This document shows, piece by piece, positions 29,564 through 38,842 of a DNA stretch of 64,000 nucleotides; position 1 is the first letter of the stretch; the number at the start of each line of letters is the position of its first letter. The translations under genes were made by a program, and so were the position numbers. This DNA comes from Thermoproteota archaeon (GTDB lineage Archaea; Thermoproteota; Thermoprotei; Gearchaeales; Gearchaeaceae). Below the pieces are notes generated by a model that was given only the letters and a program-made list of their open reading frames with translations, made no database searches and was not told the origin of the DNA. The stretch spans positions 5,404 through 69,403 of the forward strand of contig JAJPJK010000018.1 in the NCBI GenBank assembly GCA_021324265.1. Direction: 5' to 3'.

Positions 29564-30948
29564 AGTATAGCGATTATCCAGTAGAAGAAATCATAAGGAG
29601 AGCTAGGCTTGGAAGGAGAGCAATATATCCTTTGATTCTCAAATATGGTCGCTTCTCTATTCATGGATTAAACATTTTCACCGAGAATAAAAGGTTCCAT
29701 GATCTTGATGACATCATCTTAGTCCCCCCTCAATTTACGCCAAGACGATTAAAGAAAGCTATTGAACTCGCTACAAGAGAACCTGTATTCTTTGATGTTA
29801 ATACTAAATCCATGATCGGAGGATTTGAAGTCGATTTACCTATCGTTCAATCTTCAATGGGGAGCCAAGATGACTGGAATAGAGTAGCTGTCTATGCAGC
29901 TATTGCATGTGCTAAAGCAGGAATAATATGCGGTATAGGAGAAAATGTATCCAGTACTTGGGGCTACGATAAGAGGAAAAAAGCAGATCAACCATGTTTC
30001 ATGGAAAGAGCTTTAGCATTTTTGGAAAATTCAAAATGTGGAGGTCTTGTTATACAGCAGAACGAGGAAGAAGCCTTCGATGAACTTTGGAACAAGATAT
30101 ATTCGGATAAAAGATTTGATCGATATATTCAAGATGGAAGAATAGGATTTGAGATCAAAGCTGGACAAGGTGCAAAGCCCGGTCTTGGAGGGGAGAAGAT
30201 CGTAGATAGAAATCAAGCACTAGCTTTAAAGCAAAAATACTACATATATCCAGATCCCGAGAAGATTGAATCAAGCTATTATGAACGTCACTCTTCTCCT
30301 GATATCTTCACAGAGGAAATTCTTGAATATCGAATAAGGAAGCTTAAAAACGATTATCCAAGGGTTAAGGTATGGGTAAAGACTGGCCCCTTTAGGGATC
30401 TTGAAAAAGTATTCGAAATTTGTAGCAAAGCTGGAGCTGACTGCTTAGTCATAGACGGTAAGGAAGGAGGAACAGGCATGAGTCCTACTGTAGCACTAAA
30501 AGATCTAGGTTTGCCTTTAATTGCATGCTTCATTATAATTCGTAAAGCTAGGCAAAAAGGTTTCAATCTTCCTGTTGTAGTATCTGGCAGATTGTATAAT
30601 GGCTCTCACTTAGTGAAGGCATTAGCGTTAGGGGCAAATGGAATTGCTATGGGAAGGCCGTTCTTGCTTTCAGCATATGCTTATAGGTTTTCTTCTTTTG
30701 TGATATCTAAGGAACTTTACAAAAATCCGTTTATAGGCTTTTTAATTGATCATTTCTTTAGACCAAATAAAAGCTCAGTCAATTTCGTGGAAAACTTCAT
30801 TGAGAGCGTTAGAATCGAAGCTCAAATGCTAACATCTGCACTTGGCAAGTACGATTTGAACGAGCTAGCAAAGGAAGATTTGGCGACCTTAAATGAAAAT
30901 CTCGCTAGAGCTCTAGGAGTAAATTACATCTATGAGCCGATTTCCTAA
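29560..30948 (+). CDS. FMN-binding glutamate synthase family protein (GltB2-like)
   Basis: EIKAGQGAKPGLGG, IDGKEGGTG, KALALGA..MGR. Confidence 0.9.
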   Translation: MKYSDYPVEEIIRRARLGRRAIYPLILKYGRFSIHGLNIFTENKRFHDLDDIILVPPQFTPRRLKKAIELATREPVFFDVNTKSMIGGFEVDLPIVQSSMGSQDDWNRVAVYAAIACAKAGIICGIGENVSSTWGYDKRKKADQPCFMERALAFLENSKCGGLVIQQNEEEAFDELWNKIYSDKRFDRYIQDGRIGFEIKAGQGAKPGLGGEKIVDRNQALALKQKYYIYPDPEKIESSYYERHSSPDIFTEEILEYRIRKLKNDYPRVKVWVKTGPFRDLEKVFEICSKAGADCLVIDGKEGGTGMSPTVALKDLGLPLIACFIIIRKARQKGFNLPVVVSGRLYNGSHLVKALALGANGIAMGRPFLLSAYAYRFSSFVISKELYKNPFIGFLIDHFFRPNKSSVNFVENFIESVRIEAQMLTSALGKYDLNELAKEDLATLNENLARALGVNYIYEPIS

Positions 30949-32097
30949 CTATTTTATTCTTCTGATGATTTGGGGATATGCTATGAAGTTTATGAGCATG
31001 AGCATAAGCGTGTATTGCAATATGTTCTGGTTAAGTCCATAACTTAATACAGCGAAATTGGCTATTAGGAAGGAAATTTCTCCAGGAACACTAATTGAAA
31101 TAGCAACCTTAGAAGCTACTTCCTTACCATAACCATTTAACCAGAGCATTGTATAAGCGGGCAGAAATTTAGAAACTATGAGTATTACATATAGTAAAAT
31201 TATAGGTTCGAAGTTGGAAAAGTTCCAAATATTCATAAAGAATCCTGCATAAAGAAAGAATATTCCCGCTACGATTTCTTCTAAAAATTTGAAATTCTCC
31301 TCTAATTTTTCTCTCAATTTCAGAGTCGATAAAGTTACACTCATGAGCAATATCGCTGTTATAGGCGTGATTAGAATGTAAGTACCTAGGTAAGCGATGG
31401 CAAAGGCTAAAGCTATCGTTAATAGCATAGCTAAGTTTTCATCAACACTCGCTATAATCTCGAAAATTTTAGGGAAAGCATAGCTCCCTCCTATCAGCAA
31501 TAATCCAGTGAATAATGTAACAAGGCTAAGTTGAGTTGAAAGTGATATGTAATCAACGTGTATGCTTATGAGGATCCCGAGTATAGATAAAACTATCGCA
31601 AACATTACATTTTCTACTAAGCATATCCCAGTTGCTATGGAAGCAAACATTTGCTTCGACAGTTTTTCTTCTTGAATGGTACGGAGCGTCATCGAGATGC
31701 TGCACGGCACTAAAGAAGCTGCCATCAGTGCAGCTTCAATCGAGGAAAAACCAAGGAGATATAAGCAAACTAAGTATATCGCGCTTACAGAAAAGAAGAC
31801 CTCTATGAGCGTTGTGACAAACACTATATTAGCATAGCGCCATATCCTAGCAAGCGGAAATTTAATGCCTAGGCAAAGAAATAGGAATAAACTTGCAATT
31901 GTATAGGCTATAGCTATTGCTTGTCCGTTATTAATCAACTTGAAATTTAGTGAGGAGAAGGTATACATGCTGGCTAGGATGCCTGTTATCAAGTAAGCTG
32001 TAATAGTAGGTTGCGTTAATTTCCTGAACAATAAGCCTAATGAGAAAGCAATCGCAAGCGTAATCGTTAGATCTATTAATCTCGAATCAATTATCAC
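30949..32097 (-). CDS. Cation:proton antiporter (CPA2/Kef-type membrane domain)
   Basis: About 12 TM segments; QPTITAYLITG and PGEISF motifs. Confidence 0.85.
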   Translation of the reverse strand: MIIDSRLIDLTITLAIAFSLGLLFRKLTQPTITAYLITGILASMYTFSSLNFKLINNGQAIAIAYTIASLFLFLCLGIKFPLARIWRYANIVFVTTLIEVFFSVSAIYLVCLYLLGFSSIEAALMAASLVPCSISMTLRTIQEEKLSKQMFASIATGICLVENVMFAIVLSILGILISIHVDYISLSTQLSLVTLFTGLLLIGGSYAFPKIFEIIASVDENLAMLLTIALAFAIAYLGTYILITPITAILLMSVTLSTLKLREKLEENFKFLEEIVAGIFFLYAGFFMNIWNFSNFEPIILLYVILIVSKFLPAYTMLWLNGYGKEVASKVAISISVPGEISFLIANFAVLSYGLNQNILQYTLMLMLINFIAYPQIIRRIK

Positions 32098-32146
32098 AAA
32101 ATGAATAGCAGATATTTTTTAATTTGCTTTTCTAAATTATAATTTA

Positions 32147-32219
32147 GCCCCGGTAGCTAAGCTGGCATAGCATCCGCCTTGTAAGCGGAAGGTCGCGGGT
32201 TCAAATCCCGCCCGGGGCT
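32147..32219 (+). tRNA. tRNA-Thr(UGU)
   Basis: GCCCCGG/CCGGGGC acceptor, TCCGC-CT-TGT-AA-GCGGA, TTCAAAT. Confidence 0.96.
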
Positions 32220-32243
32220 TAGAAATAGAAATAAAACTATATC

Positions 32244-33614
32244 ATGTATAAGGTTTCTATGAATGCTGATTTAGGAATCATAGGTCTTGGTTCAATGGCT
32301 GAGAATCTGATAATTCAACTTTCCAATAAAGGTTTTAGGGTTTCATTGTATAATCGAACAGCAGAAAAGCTCAAGGATTTCGTTTCAAGGAATGCTGGGC
32401 TTAATATAATAGCTAATTACGATCTCAAATCTTTCGTAAACTCTATTGAAAGACCAAGAAAAATTTTCCTATTGATCAAAGCAGGTGAAGCTGTAGATAA
32501 TATGCTTATTTCTCTTTCTCCTTTCCTTGAAAAAGGAGATATTATCGTTGATTGTGGCAATTCACATTTCAAGGATACGGAAAGGCGATTCTCAGAGTTT
32601 GATAAAAAGGGCATTAAATACTTAGGCGCTGGAATAAGCGGAGGAGTTGAAGGAGCTAGAAAGGGTCTTAGCATAATGGTAGGAGGCGATAGGCTTGCCT
32701 ATGAAACTCTAGCTCCAATTTTCGATTCCATATCTAGTAGATATAATTCTAGGCCTGCGCATGGATATTTTGGAAAGGGAGGTGCTGGACATTTTGTAAA
32801 AATTATTCATAATGGTATCGAATATGCTCTAATAGAGAATATCGCAGAAACTTATTTCCTCTTGAAAAGTATTGGAAAAGGCAATGAAGAAATATCAGGC
32901 ATCTTCGATGATTGGTCAAAGCGAGAGCTAAAATCTTATCTTCTTTCAGCAGCTTCTGAGGTTTTGAAGTTAAGGGAGGATGGAAATTTCCTCGTCGATC
33001 TTATATTGGATAAAGCAGAGCAGAAGGGTACTGGAAGATGGGCATCTGAGATATCCTTGGAACTTGGTATCCCAGCTCCATCTATATGCTCAGCAGTAAT
33101 TTCAAGAACAATTTCAAGCTTCAAGGAAAGAAGACTCTTACTTTCAAAGACTTTAGAAATACGTAAGAAAAAGCCTAACGTAGAGGAGCATGAAATTTAC
33201 AATGCTCTCTTACTATCTAATATCGCAGCATATGTTCAAGGTTTTGATATTATGAGGAATGCAAATGAGTACAGTTTTAATTTAAAGGATATTATGCATG
33301 TTTGGCAAGGAGGAAGTATCATAAGGAGCCTTTTAATCGAAAGGTTTATGTTGGAAAAAAGTGATGACCCTTTAAGTTGGGGCTATGTCCTCAATACGCT
33401 ACAAACCCATTATAGCGATTTCCTAAAAGTTGTTTCTGAAATGAATGCATGTGCACTTCCAGCATTAGTGTTCTCTTCTTCTTTGAACTATTTCATCTAC
33501 TTTTTCTCTCCTATTTTACCTGCCAATATAACACAAGCCTTGAGAGATCATTTCGGAGATCACGGTTTTCAAAGAATAGACAAAACTGGTGAGTTCCATC
33601 TAAATATTCGCTAG
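32244..33614 (+). CDS. gndA: 6-phosphogluconate dehydrogenase, decarboxylating, long form
   Basis: GLGSM, YNRT, DCGNS, SGGVEGA, GHFVKIIHNGIEY, KGTGRW, QALRDHFGDH. Confidence 0.94.
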   Translation: MYKVSMNADLGIIGLGSMAENLIIQLSNKGFRVSLYNRTAEKLKDFVSRNAGLNIIANYDLKSFVNSIERPRKIFLLIKAGEAVDNMLISLSPFLEKGDIIVDCGNSHFKDTERRFSEFDKKGIKYLGAGISGGVEGARKGLSIMVGGDRLAYETLAPIFDSISSRYNSRPAHGYFGKGGAGHFVKIIHNGIEYALIENIAETYFLLKSIGKGNEEISGIFDDWSKRELKSYLLSAASEVLKLREDGNFLVDLILDKAEQKGTGRWASEISLELGIPAPSICSAVISRTISSFKERRLLLSKTLEIRKKKPNVEEHEIYNALLLSNIAAYVQGFDIMRNANEYSFNLKDIMHVWQGGSIIRSLLIERFMLEKSDDPLSWGYVLNTLQTHYSDFLKVVSEMNACALPALVFSSSLNYFIYFFSPILPANITQALRDHFGDHGFQRIDKTGEFHLNIR

Positions 33615-34982
33615 TTCCTTTTTTTCGTTTTCTATTAGTTCCAGTAATCTCCAATACAATTTCTCAGAGATTATTTCTTTGACCACGATATCTTCCAGTT
33701 TATCTCTATCGAGAATTTTTATTTCGCCGCTACTTTTTTTCACCATGTCGACTTCAAGATCTATGTAACTTATTGCATTAGGATAGATTTCAATAGGCGT
33801 AGAAAAATTCGAATAAATGCCAATTAGCTCACCCCCCTTTCTATAATAATGTGTCCTAGTAACCATGGAGCCAAGCTTGTACGTAGCTACAGCATAATCC
33901 CCGATTTCTTTCTTTGCTTCCAAGCCATCATAAACTCCTGTACCTTTTAGATTTCTCATCAAAGTCACGCTTTTATCTTTTGGATCTGAAGCGATTATTT
34001 TACCCGGTGATAGCTTAATCAATCTTCCATTCGGTTTAAAATGGAAAATGTTCATTAACTTTCCAACTTTAAAAACCTCAGTGAATATACTCTCGTATAG
34101 GTTTTCCTCTATCTTATCAATACCATGGCTAAGCAGATTCTCTGCAAAATGTATTAATGTATTCATCCCTTCACCCCAGCTCCTAAGATAATGATGGCCC
34201 TTAACTGTTGGAATAACCTTATTTCTTATTTCATCAAGTTTACTCTTTGATTCGTAGCTCAGATATATTTCGCAATATTCAATTCCTTCATGAAGGACCC
34301 CCTTCGATTCAGTCTTATTCTCTAAGAGAGTTTTGCATTTCGCTAACAATTGCTCCAATTCATCCTTAATCTCTTTTTCATCACTATTTATGCATGTTTC
34401 GAAGAAGACGGCACCCCATCCAGGAAGCAATGTTTCTTTCGCTAAGGATAACAGTTTCTTTCCTTTCCAGTTATTCAATATATGCTTTGGTATGACCACA
34501 TCTCCATTTTGGACTAACATAGAATATTTCCCGCTTGCACATACGCCAGGAGAAAAAACTATATCATCTTCAAAAATCGGTTCCCTTACAGAGACCAAGA
34601 GTTTACTTCCGACAGGAAACCTGCCCCATATATATCCTTGAATAGTACCGATGTCCACCTTAGATCTTTTATCGCTTTCTTCTATCACCTCAGCCAATGC
34701 TGTAAGCCCTAAGTTGATCTTGCTTTTCCTAATGACTACAGGATCGAGTTCTTCCTTTATTATCTGTAATATTTCCTTAACTACTATGCTATCCCCGAAG
34801 AGTTTAAGACCGAAAGGTGTAGGATTTGATATCAGCGCAGCAGACCACTGGGAAGAGAATTTTTCTAATCCTAAGCGCTTTGCTATCGTCTTCGAAGGAA
34901 AAGCTAATTCGAAACCTTTATCTAAGAAAAGCCTTGAAATCGCTGTACTATATATTCCTTGAATATAGACATTCTTAGGCAT
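33600..34982 (-). CDS. fau-1: FAU-1 / DUF402 ribonuclease
   Basis: GIYSTAI N-terminus, GHH, YDGL, YIDLEVD. Confidence 0.9.
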   Translation of the reverse strand: MPKNVYIQGIYSTAISRLFLDKGFELAFPSKTIAKRLGLEKFSSQWSAALISNPTPFGLKLFGDSIVVKEILQIIKEELDPVVIRKSKINLGLTALAEVIEESDKRSKVDIGTIQGYIWGRFPVGSKLLVSVREPIFEDDIVFSPGVCASGKYSMLVQNGDVVIPKHILNNWKGKKLLSLAKETLLPGWGAVFFETCINSDEKEIKDELEQLLAKCKTLLENKTESKGVLHEGIEYCEIYLSYESKSKLDEIRNKVIPTVKGHHYLRSWGEGMNTLIHFAENLLSHGIDKIEENLYESIFTEVFKVGKLMNIFHFKPNGRLIKLSPGKIIASDPKDKSVTLMRNLKGTGVYDGLEAKKEIGDYAVATYKLGSMVTRTHYYRKGGELIGIYSNFSTPIEIYPNAISYIDLEVDMVKKSSGEIKILDRDKLEDIVVKEIISEKLYWRLLELIENEKKELANI

Positions 34983-35245
34983 CAGTCTTTTACTTGTTCA
35001 AGAACACTTATTGCCCTCCAGATTGCAGTCCTAGCATAAACGGGCAATGTAGGATCCTGTGCAACTTCTTCAAGCCTAGAAATACTACTAGCTGATTTAA
35101 CTGAATATGAGGTGATTTTTTTATCCTGAAGTTTGTCAATAGTTTCTTTACATGCTTCTTTCAAATTTCTAGGTAAGGCAGGATCTTTAACTAAGTTATT
35201 GAGCAAATCCACCACCATCCTTATTCTGTCCTCATTACTCTGCAT
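34982..35245 (-). CDS. UPF0147 family protein
   Basis: DPALPRN ... DPTLPVYARTAIW. Confidence 0.9.
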   Translation of the reverse strand: MQSNEDRIRMVVDLLNNLVKDPALPRNLKEACKETIDKLQDKKITSYSVKSASSISRLEEVAQDPTLPVYARTAIWRAISVLEQVKD

Positions 35246-35313
35246 TTTACTTTCTTCTTATCCTCACATGAATATAAAAAAATATGTCTTGAAGTGCATT
35301 ATGGCTATGTAGC

Positions 35314-35673
35314 ATGTCGCAAAGTCCGCGTGAGGAAATATACAAAAAAATGGCTGAATTGCTTAAGGCTGGAAATACAATGCTAGCTGAATCATGCCCT
35401 GATTGCAAAGTTCCTCTCTTCAAGATGAAGGATGGTAAGATAATTTGTCCTTCATGTAATAGGGTTGCAATATACGTAAAGCATGGCGAAGAAGAGAGCG
35501 TGAATAGATATCAAGTCATAGAAAAATTGATATCAACAGTTACTGGGAAATTGGTTGAGATAGAATCGGCTATAGCAAATGAATATGACGAGGTTAGGTT
35601 GAAGAATAAGGTCGATCTCATGATATCTTTGCTAGATGCTTATGAAAAGCTCTCTAAACTAAAAGGATCATAG
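35314..35673 (+). CDS. UPF0148 / SSSCA1-like zinc-ribbon protein
   Basis: MAELLKAGNTMLAESCPDCKVPLF...CPSC. Confidence 0.9.
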   Translation: MSQSPREEIYKKMAELLKAGNTMLAESCPDCKVPLFKMKDGKIICPSCNRVAIYVKHGEEESVNRYQVIEKLISTVTGKLVEIESAIANEYDEVRLKNKVDLMISLLDAYEKLSKLKGS

Positions 35674-35675
35674 TA

Positions 35676-36281
35676 ATGAAGGGTCACTTCATCGTTTTCG
35701 AAGGTATAGATGGCGCTGGTTTAACTACAAATAGCAAGTTTCTAGTAGATTGGTTAAATAGCATAGGTATAAGGGCTTGGTATACTAAGGAGCCTACGCA
35801 GGGAACGATAGGGCTATACATTAGAAAATTGCTAAAAAGTGGAGCAGATCCCTTTCTCCTGACGCTTCTCTTCACTGCTGATAGAAAGGAGCATATGGAA
35901 AATGAAGTAATTCCCAAAATCAGGGATGGTATCTTTGTAGTATGTGATAGGTATTTGTTCTCTACCATAGCTTATCAGTCAGCACATGGGGCAAAAGAAG
36001 AATTGATAAGAAGACTTAACAAAAATTTCCTCAAACCTGATCTGGTATTCCTGTTAGACATCGATCCTTCAATTTCATTGAATAGAAAGCAAGCTGAGAA
36101 GGAAAGCTATGAAAGAAAAGAATTTCTAGAAAAGGTTAGAAGGAAATTCCTTGAACTTGCTTCTGATGAAGGTTTTATCGTAATTCCTACCGACAGACCC
36201 TTGAATGAAATTCAGGAGGATATTAAGAAAGTTATGAAATATTTTTTAGAAGAGGTGGGTTATGCTCAGGAAAAAGTTTAA
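35676..36281 (+). CDS. tmk: Thymidylate kinase
   Basis: FEGIDGAG, KEP, LFTADR, CDRY..STIAYQ. Confidence 0.95.
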   Translation: MKGHFIVFEGIDGAGLTTNSKFLVDWLNSIGIRAWYTKEPTQGTIGLYIRKLLKSGADPFLLTLLFTADRKEHMENEVIPKIRDGIFVVCDRYLFSTIAYQSAHGAKEELIRRLNKNFLKPDLVFLLDIDPSISLNRKQAEKESYERKEFLEKVRRKFLELASDEGFIVIPTDRPLNEIQEDIKKVMKYFLEEVGYAQEKV

Positions 36282-37503
36282 GACATGGGGGTTCATCAAA
36301 GATCCTATTCATGGCTATATCTCTATATCCGAAGAAGATAAACGCTTAATAGATACTCTTGAATTCCAAAGGTTGCATAGGATAAAGCAGTTGCCTTTAG
36401 CGGATTACGTTTATCCCGGTGCGGTGCACAGTAGGTTTGAACATTCACTTGGCGTCATGCACCTAGCCTCAATGATCATGGAAAATTTGCCGTTAGAAAT
36501 AGGCGAGGAAGAAGCTAGATTGATAAAGTTTGCTTCATTATTGCATGACATAGGTCATGGACCTTTTTCCCATCTCTTTGAATATTTTACAATCAATAAG
36601 CTCAAGATGAATCACGAAGAAATAGGCATGCGCATCATTGAAGAAAGTAGTATAGCAGATATACTGAAGGATTTTTCTGTAGATCCTTCAAAGATAGGCT
36701 ACATTATAACTGGCAACAAAGTCTTTTTGAGAAAATTCTTACATCAAATAACGAATAGTGGTATAGATGCAGATAAGTTAGACTTCATTAAAAGGGATAA
36801 TTTTCATAGCGGTGCTGGTTATGGAGGGATAGATACCGATAGGTTAGTAACTACGATGGAAGTATATAATGAAGAGCTCGCGATAAATTCAACTGCGATC
36901 TTTACTTTTGAGCTTTTCATCATGGGAAGAATAAAGAGCTTCGAGGCTATATATTATCATAAGACGATAAGGAGTGCTCAGTTGCTTCTATTGAGGGGTA
37001 TTGAGGAAGCTTTCAAGGAATTTGGATTTATGGAAAAGTTTGATGTTGATAGCTACTTAGCATTGGATGACTACACTACATGGGTCGAAGTAAGTAGAAG
37101 CAAGGAAGGAAGCCATTTCCTTGAAAGGCTTGCAAAGCGTGACCTGCTGAAGAGTGCCTTTGAAAAAAAATTCATAATGAAAAGCAAGAAAGATGAGATG
37201 ATGAAGATTCTTTCAGAGGCTAAATCCGAGATTGCTAAGTTAACAGATATGAATGAAGATATGATATATCTGGATCTTTCTATACTACCTTCTGTCCCTT
37301 ATCATAATTCATATATCAAAGATCCTTTTGAGATACCTGTTTTCGATAGCAAAACTGGCAAAGTTAGTAAATTCTCAGAGATTTCACCTTGGATTGAAAC
37401 ACTTAAAGGTTATCTGAATATACTTAGAGTGTATACGGATAAGGATAAGCGCGACCGCGTATCACTTGCATGTCAAAAAGTCTTTAATAGATTATCTATT
37501 TGA
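36262..37503 (+). CDS. HD-domain phosphohydrolase (SAMHD1/dNTPase-like)
   Basis: DPIHG, QRLHRIKQL, HSRFEHSLG, LLHDIGHGPFSH, DADKLD. Confidence 0.93.
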   Translation: MLRKKFKTWGFIKDPIHGYISISEEDKRLIDTLEFQRLHRIKQLPLADYVYPGAVHSRFEHSLGVMHLASMIMENLPLEIGEEEARLIKFASLLHDIGHGPFSHLFEYFTINKLKMNHEEIGMRIIEESSIADILKDFSVDPSKIGYIITGNKVFLRKFLHQITNSGIDADKLDFIKRDNFHSGAGYGGIDTDRLVTTMEVYNEELAINSTAIFTFELFIMGRIKSFEAIYYHKTIRSAQLLLLRGIEEAFKEFGFMEKFDVDSYLALDDYTTWVEVSRSKEGSHFLERLAKRDLLKSAFEKKFIMKSKKDEMMKILSEAKSEIAKLTDMNEDMIYLDLSILPSVPYHNSYIKDPFEIPVFDSKTGKVSKFSEISPWIETLKGYLNILRVYTDKDKRDRVSLACQKVFNRLSI

Positions 37504-38842
37504 TCAATCCTGAATCCCTAAGTATTTCAGAAATTCTTTCTTCTCCTACAGGTATCTTTGACTTTTTGAATTTTTCTAAGGGTTTTCTGTAACTCATCGT
37601 TGCATCTATTCCAAGCTTACTGCCCAGCCCTATATCTTGTTCGGATGAAGGATCTAAAGTAGAGACTGTTGCATCTGGAATTATCAAGATGCCTTTTGCA
37701 GGATTTAAACGTGTAGCTAAGGCCCAATTGACTTGATCTGGATCATCAGGATCTATGTCATCATCCACAACAATTGCTATCTTTAAAGAAGAATGAGCTG
37801 CGAAGCAGGCTGCGATTACATTTTTAGCATCTCCTTCTCTCAATTTTCTTATCGATGCTACTGCTATTAGCCAGCCACAACCGCCTTTAATTAACCTCAC
37901 TTTTCTCACATATGGCACAACCCTTTCAACGTATTTCCTTATCATCACCTCTCTCCCAAGACCCATAAGTAAAAAGTGTTCGCTGCTAGCAGGCAGTATA
38001 TCTTGATATATCGAATCTTTGGCCGCATATATCTTATTGATATGGACTACAGGCTGTTTTCTCACGACATCTGCCGTACCGGTAAGATCAGTGAAAGGGC
38101 CTTCTTCCACTTCTTCAAGAGGGTCTATATAACCCTCCATTATTATTTCGCTTTCTGCCAAAGCTAATACACCGTTTTCACATCTAAATTGATGGAGACT
38201 TCCGTTAAGCAATTTATTCGCAACATGGATGTGATCCACTTTATATCTTGGGCTTAGGCCAGAGGATAAATAAACTGCAGGATGAGCTCCAATACAAATC
38301 GCTATGTTTAATACTTTTTTTCTCTTTTTTGCTTCCTGAAGCATAGCGAATAGATGTCTAGGTACTATTCTTATAGCGAAGGTTTCATCATCTATCTGCA
38401 TTAACCTGTGGATTGAAGCATTTTGGAAATTTTCATCTTCATCTTTAGCGATTACAATGCCAGAAGTTATGTAATAGCTTTTTTCGCTTTCATAGTGTTT
38501 AGTTATAGGAAGATCTGATACCTTCAAGGTTGTATCGGGCTTAAAAGCAGGGCCTTTAGTTATTTCACATACCATTGGATTTTCAGTAGCGTTGTAAATG
38601 ATATCATGGTAGTTCTCCTCATCAGCGCTGAATGAAGATAATAATCTCTTTCTTTCTCCACAAACATTGCCAACAATCTTCATTTCCTTGCCCTCCACTT
38701 CTTCAAAAAGAACGATTTTATCTTCCATTCTTTGCAAGATAGCTGAAGTTTCGTATTCTCTTCTGACCTTTGTCTTAATTTTTACTAATTCACCTCTTCG
38801 ATTCTCATATTCAAGATAATCTTTGAGATTATTTATGCCCAC
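37496..38842 (-). CDS. UbiD family decarboxylase (possibly anhydromevalonate phosphate decarboxylase)
   Basis: NASIHR, EGPFTDLTG, VVDDDID, WALATR, KLGIDAT. Confidence 0.9.
   Translation of the reverse strand: MGINNLKDYLEYENRRGELVKIKTKVRREYETSAILQRMEDKIVLFEEVEGKEMKIVGNVCGERKRLLSSFSADEENYHDIIYNATENPMVCEITKGPAFKPDTTLKVSDLPITKHYESEKSYYITSGIVIAKDEDENFQNASIHRLMQIDDETFAIRIVPRHLFAMLQEAKKRKKVLNIAICIGAHPAVYLSSGLSPRYKVDHIHVANKLLNGSLHQFRCENGVLALAESEIIMEGYIDPLEEVEEGPFTDLTGTADVVRKQPVVHINKIYAAKDSIYQDILPASSEHFLLMGLGREVMIRKYVERVVPYVRKVRLIKGGCGWLIAVASIRKLREGDAKNVIAACFAAHSSLKIAIVVDDDIDPDDPDQVNWALATRLNPAKGILIIPDATVSTLDPSSEQDIGLGSKLGIDATMSYRKPLEKFKKSKIPVGEERISEILRDSGLIK

Noticed and set aside
38823-38842. Head-to-head overlap of the ubiD-like and xpd ORFs
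   Set aside because: Probably reflects uncertain start-codon choice
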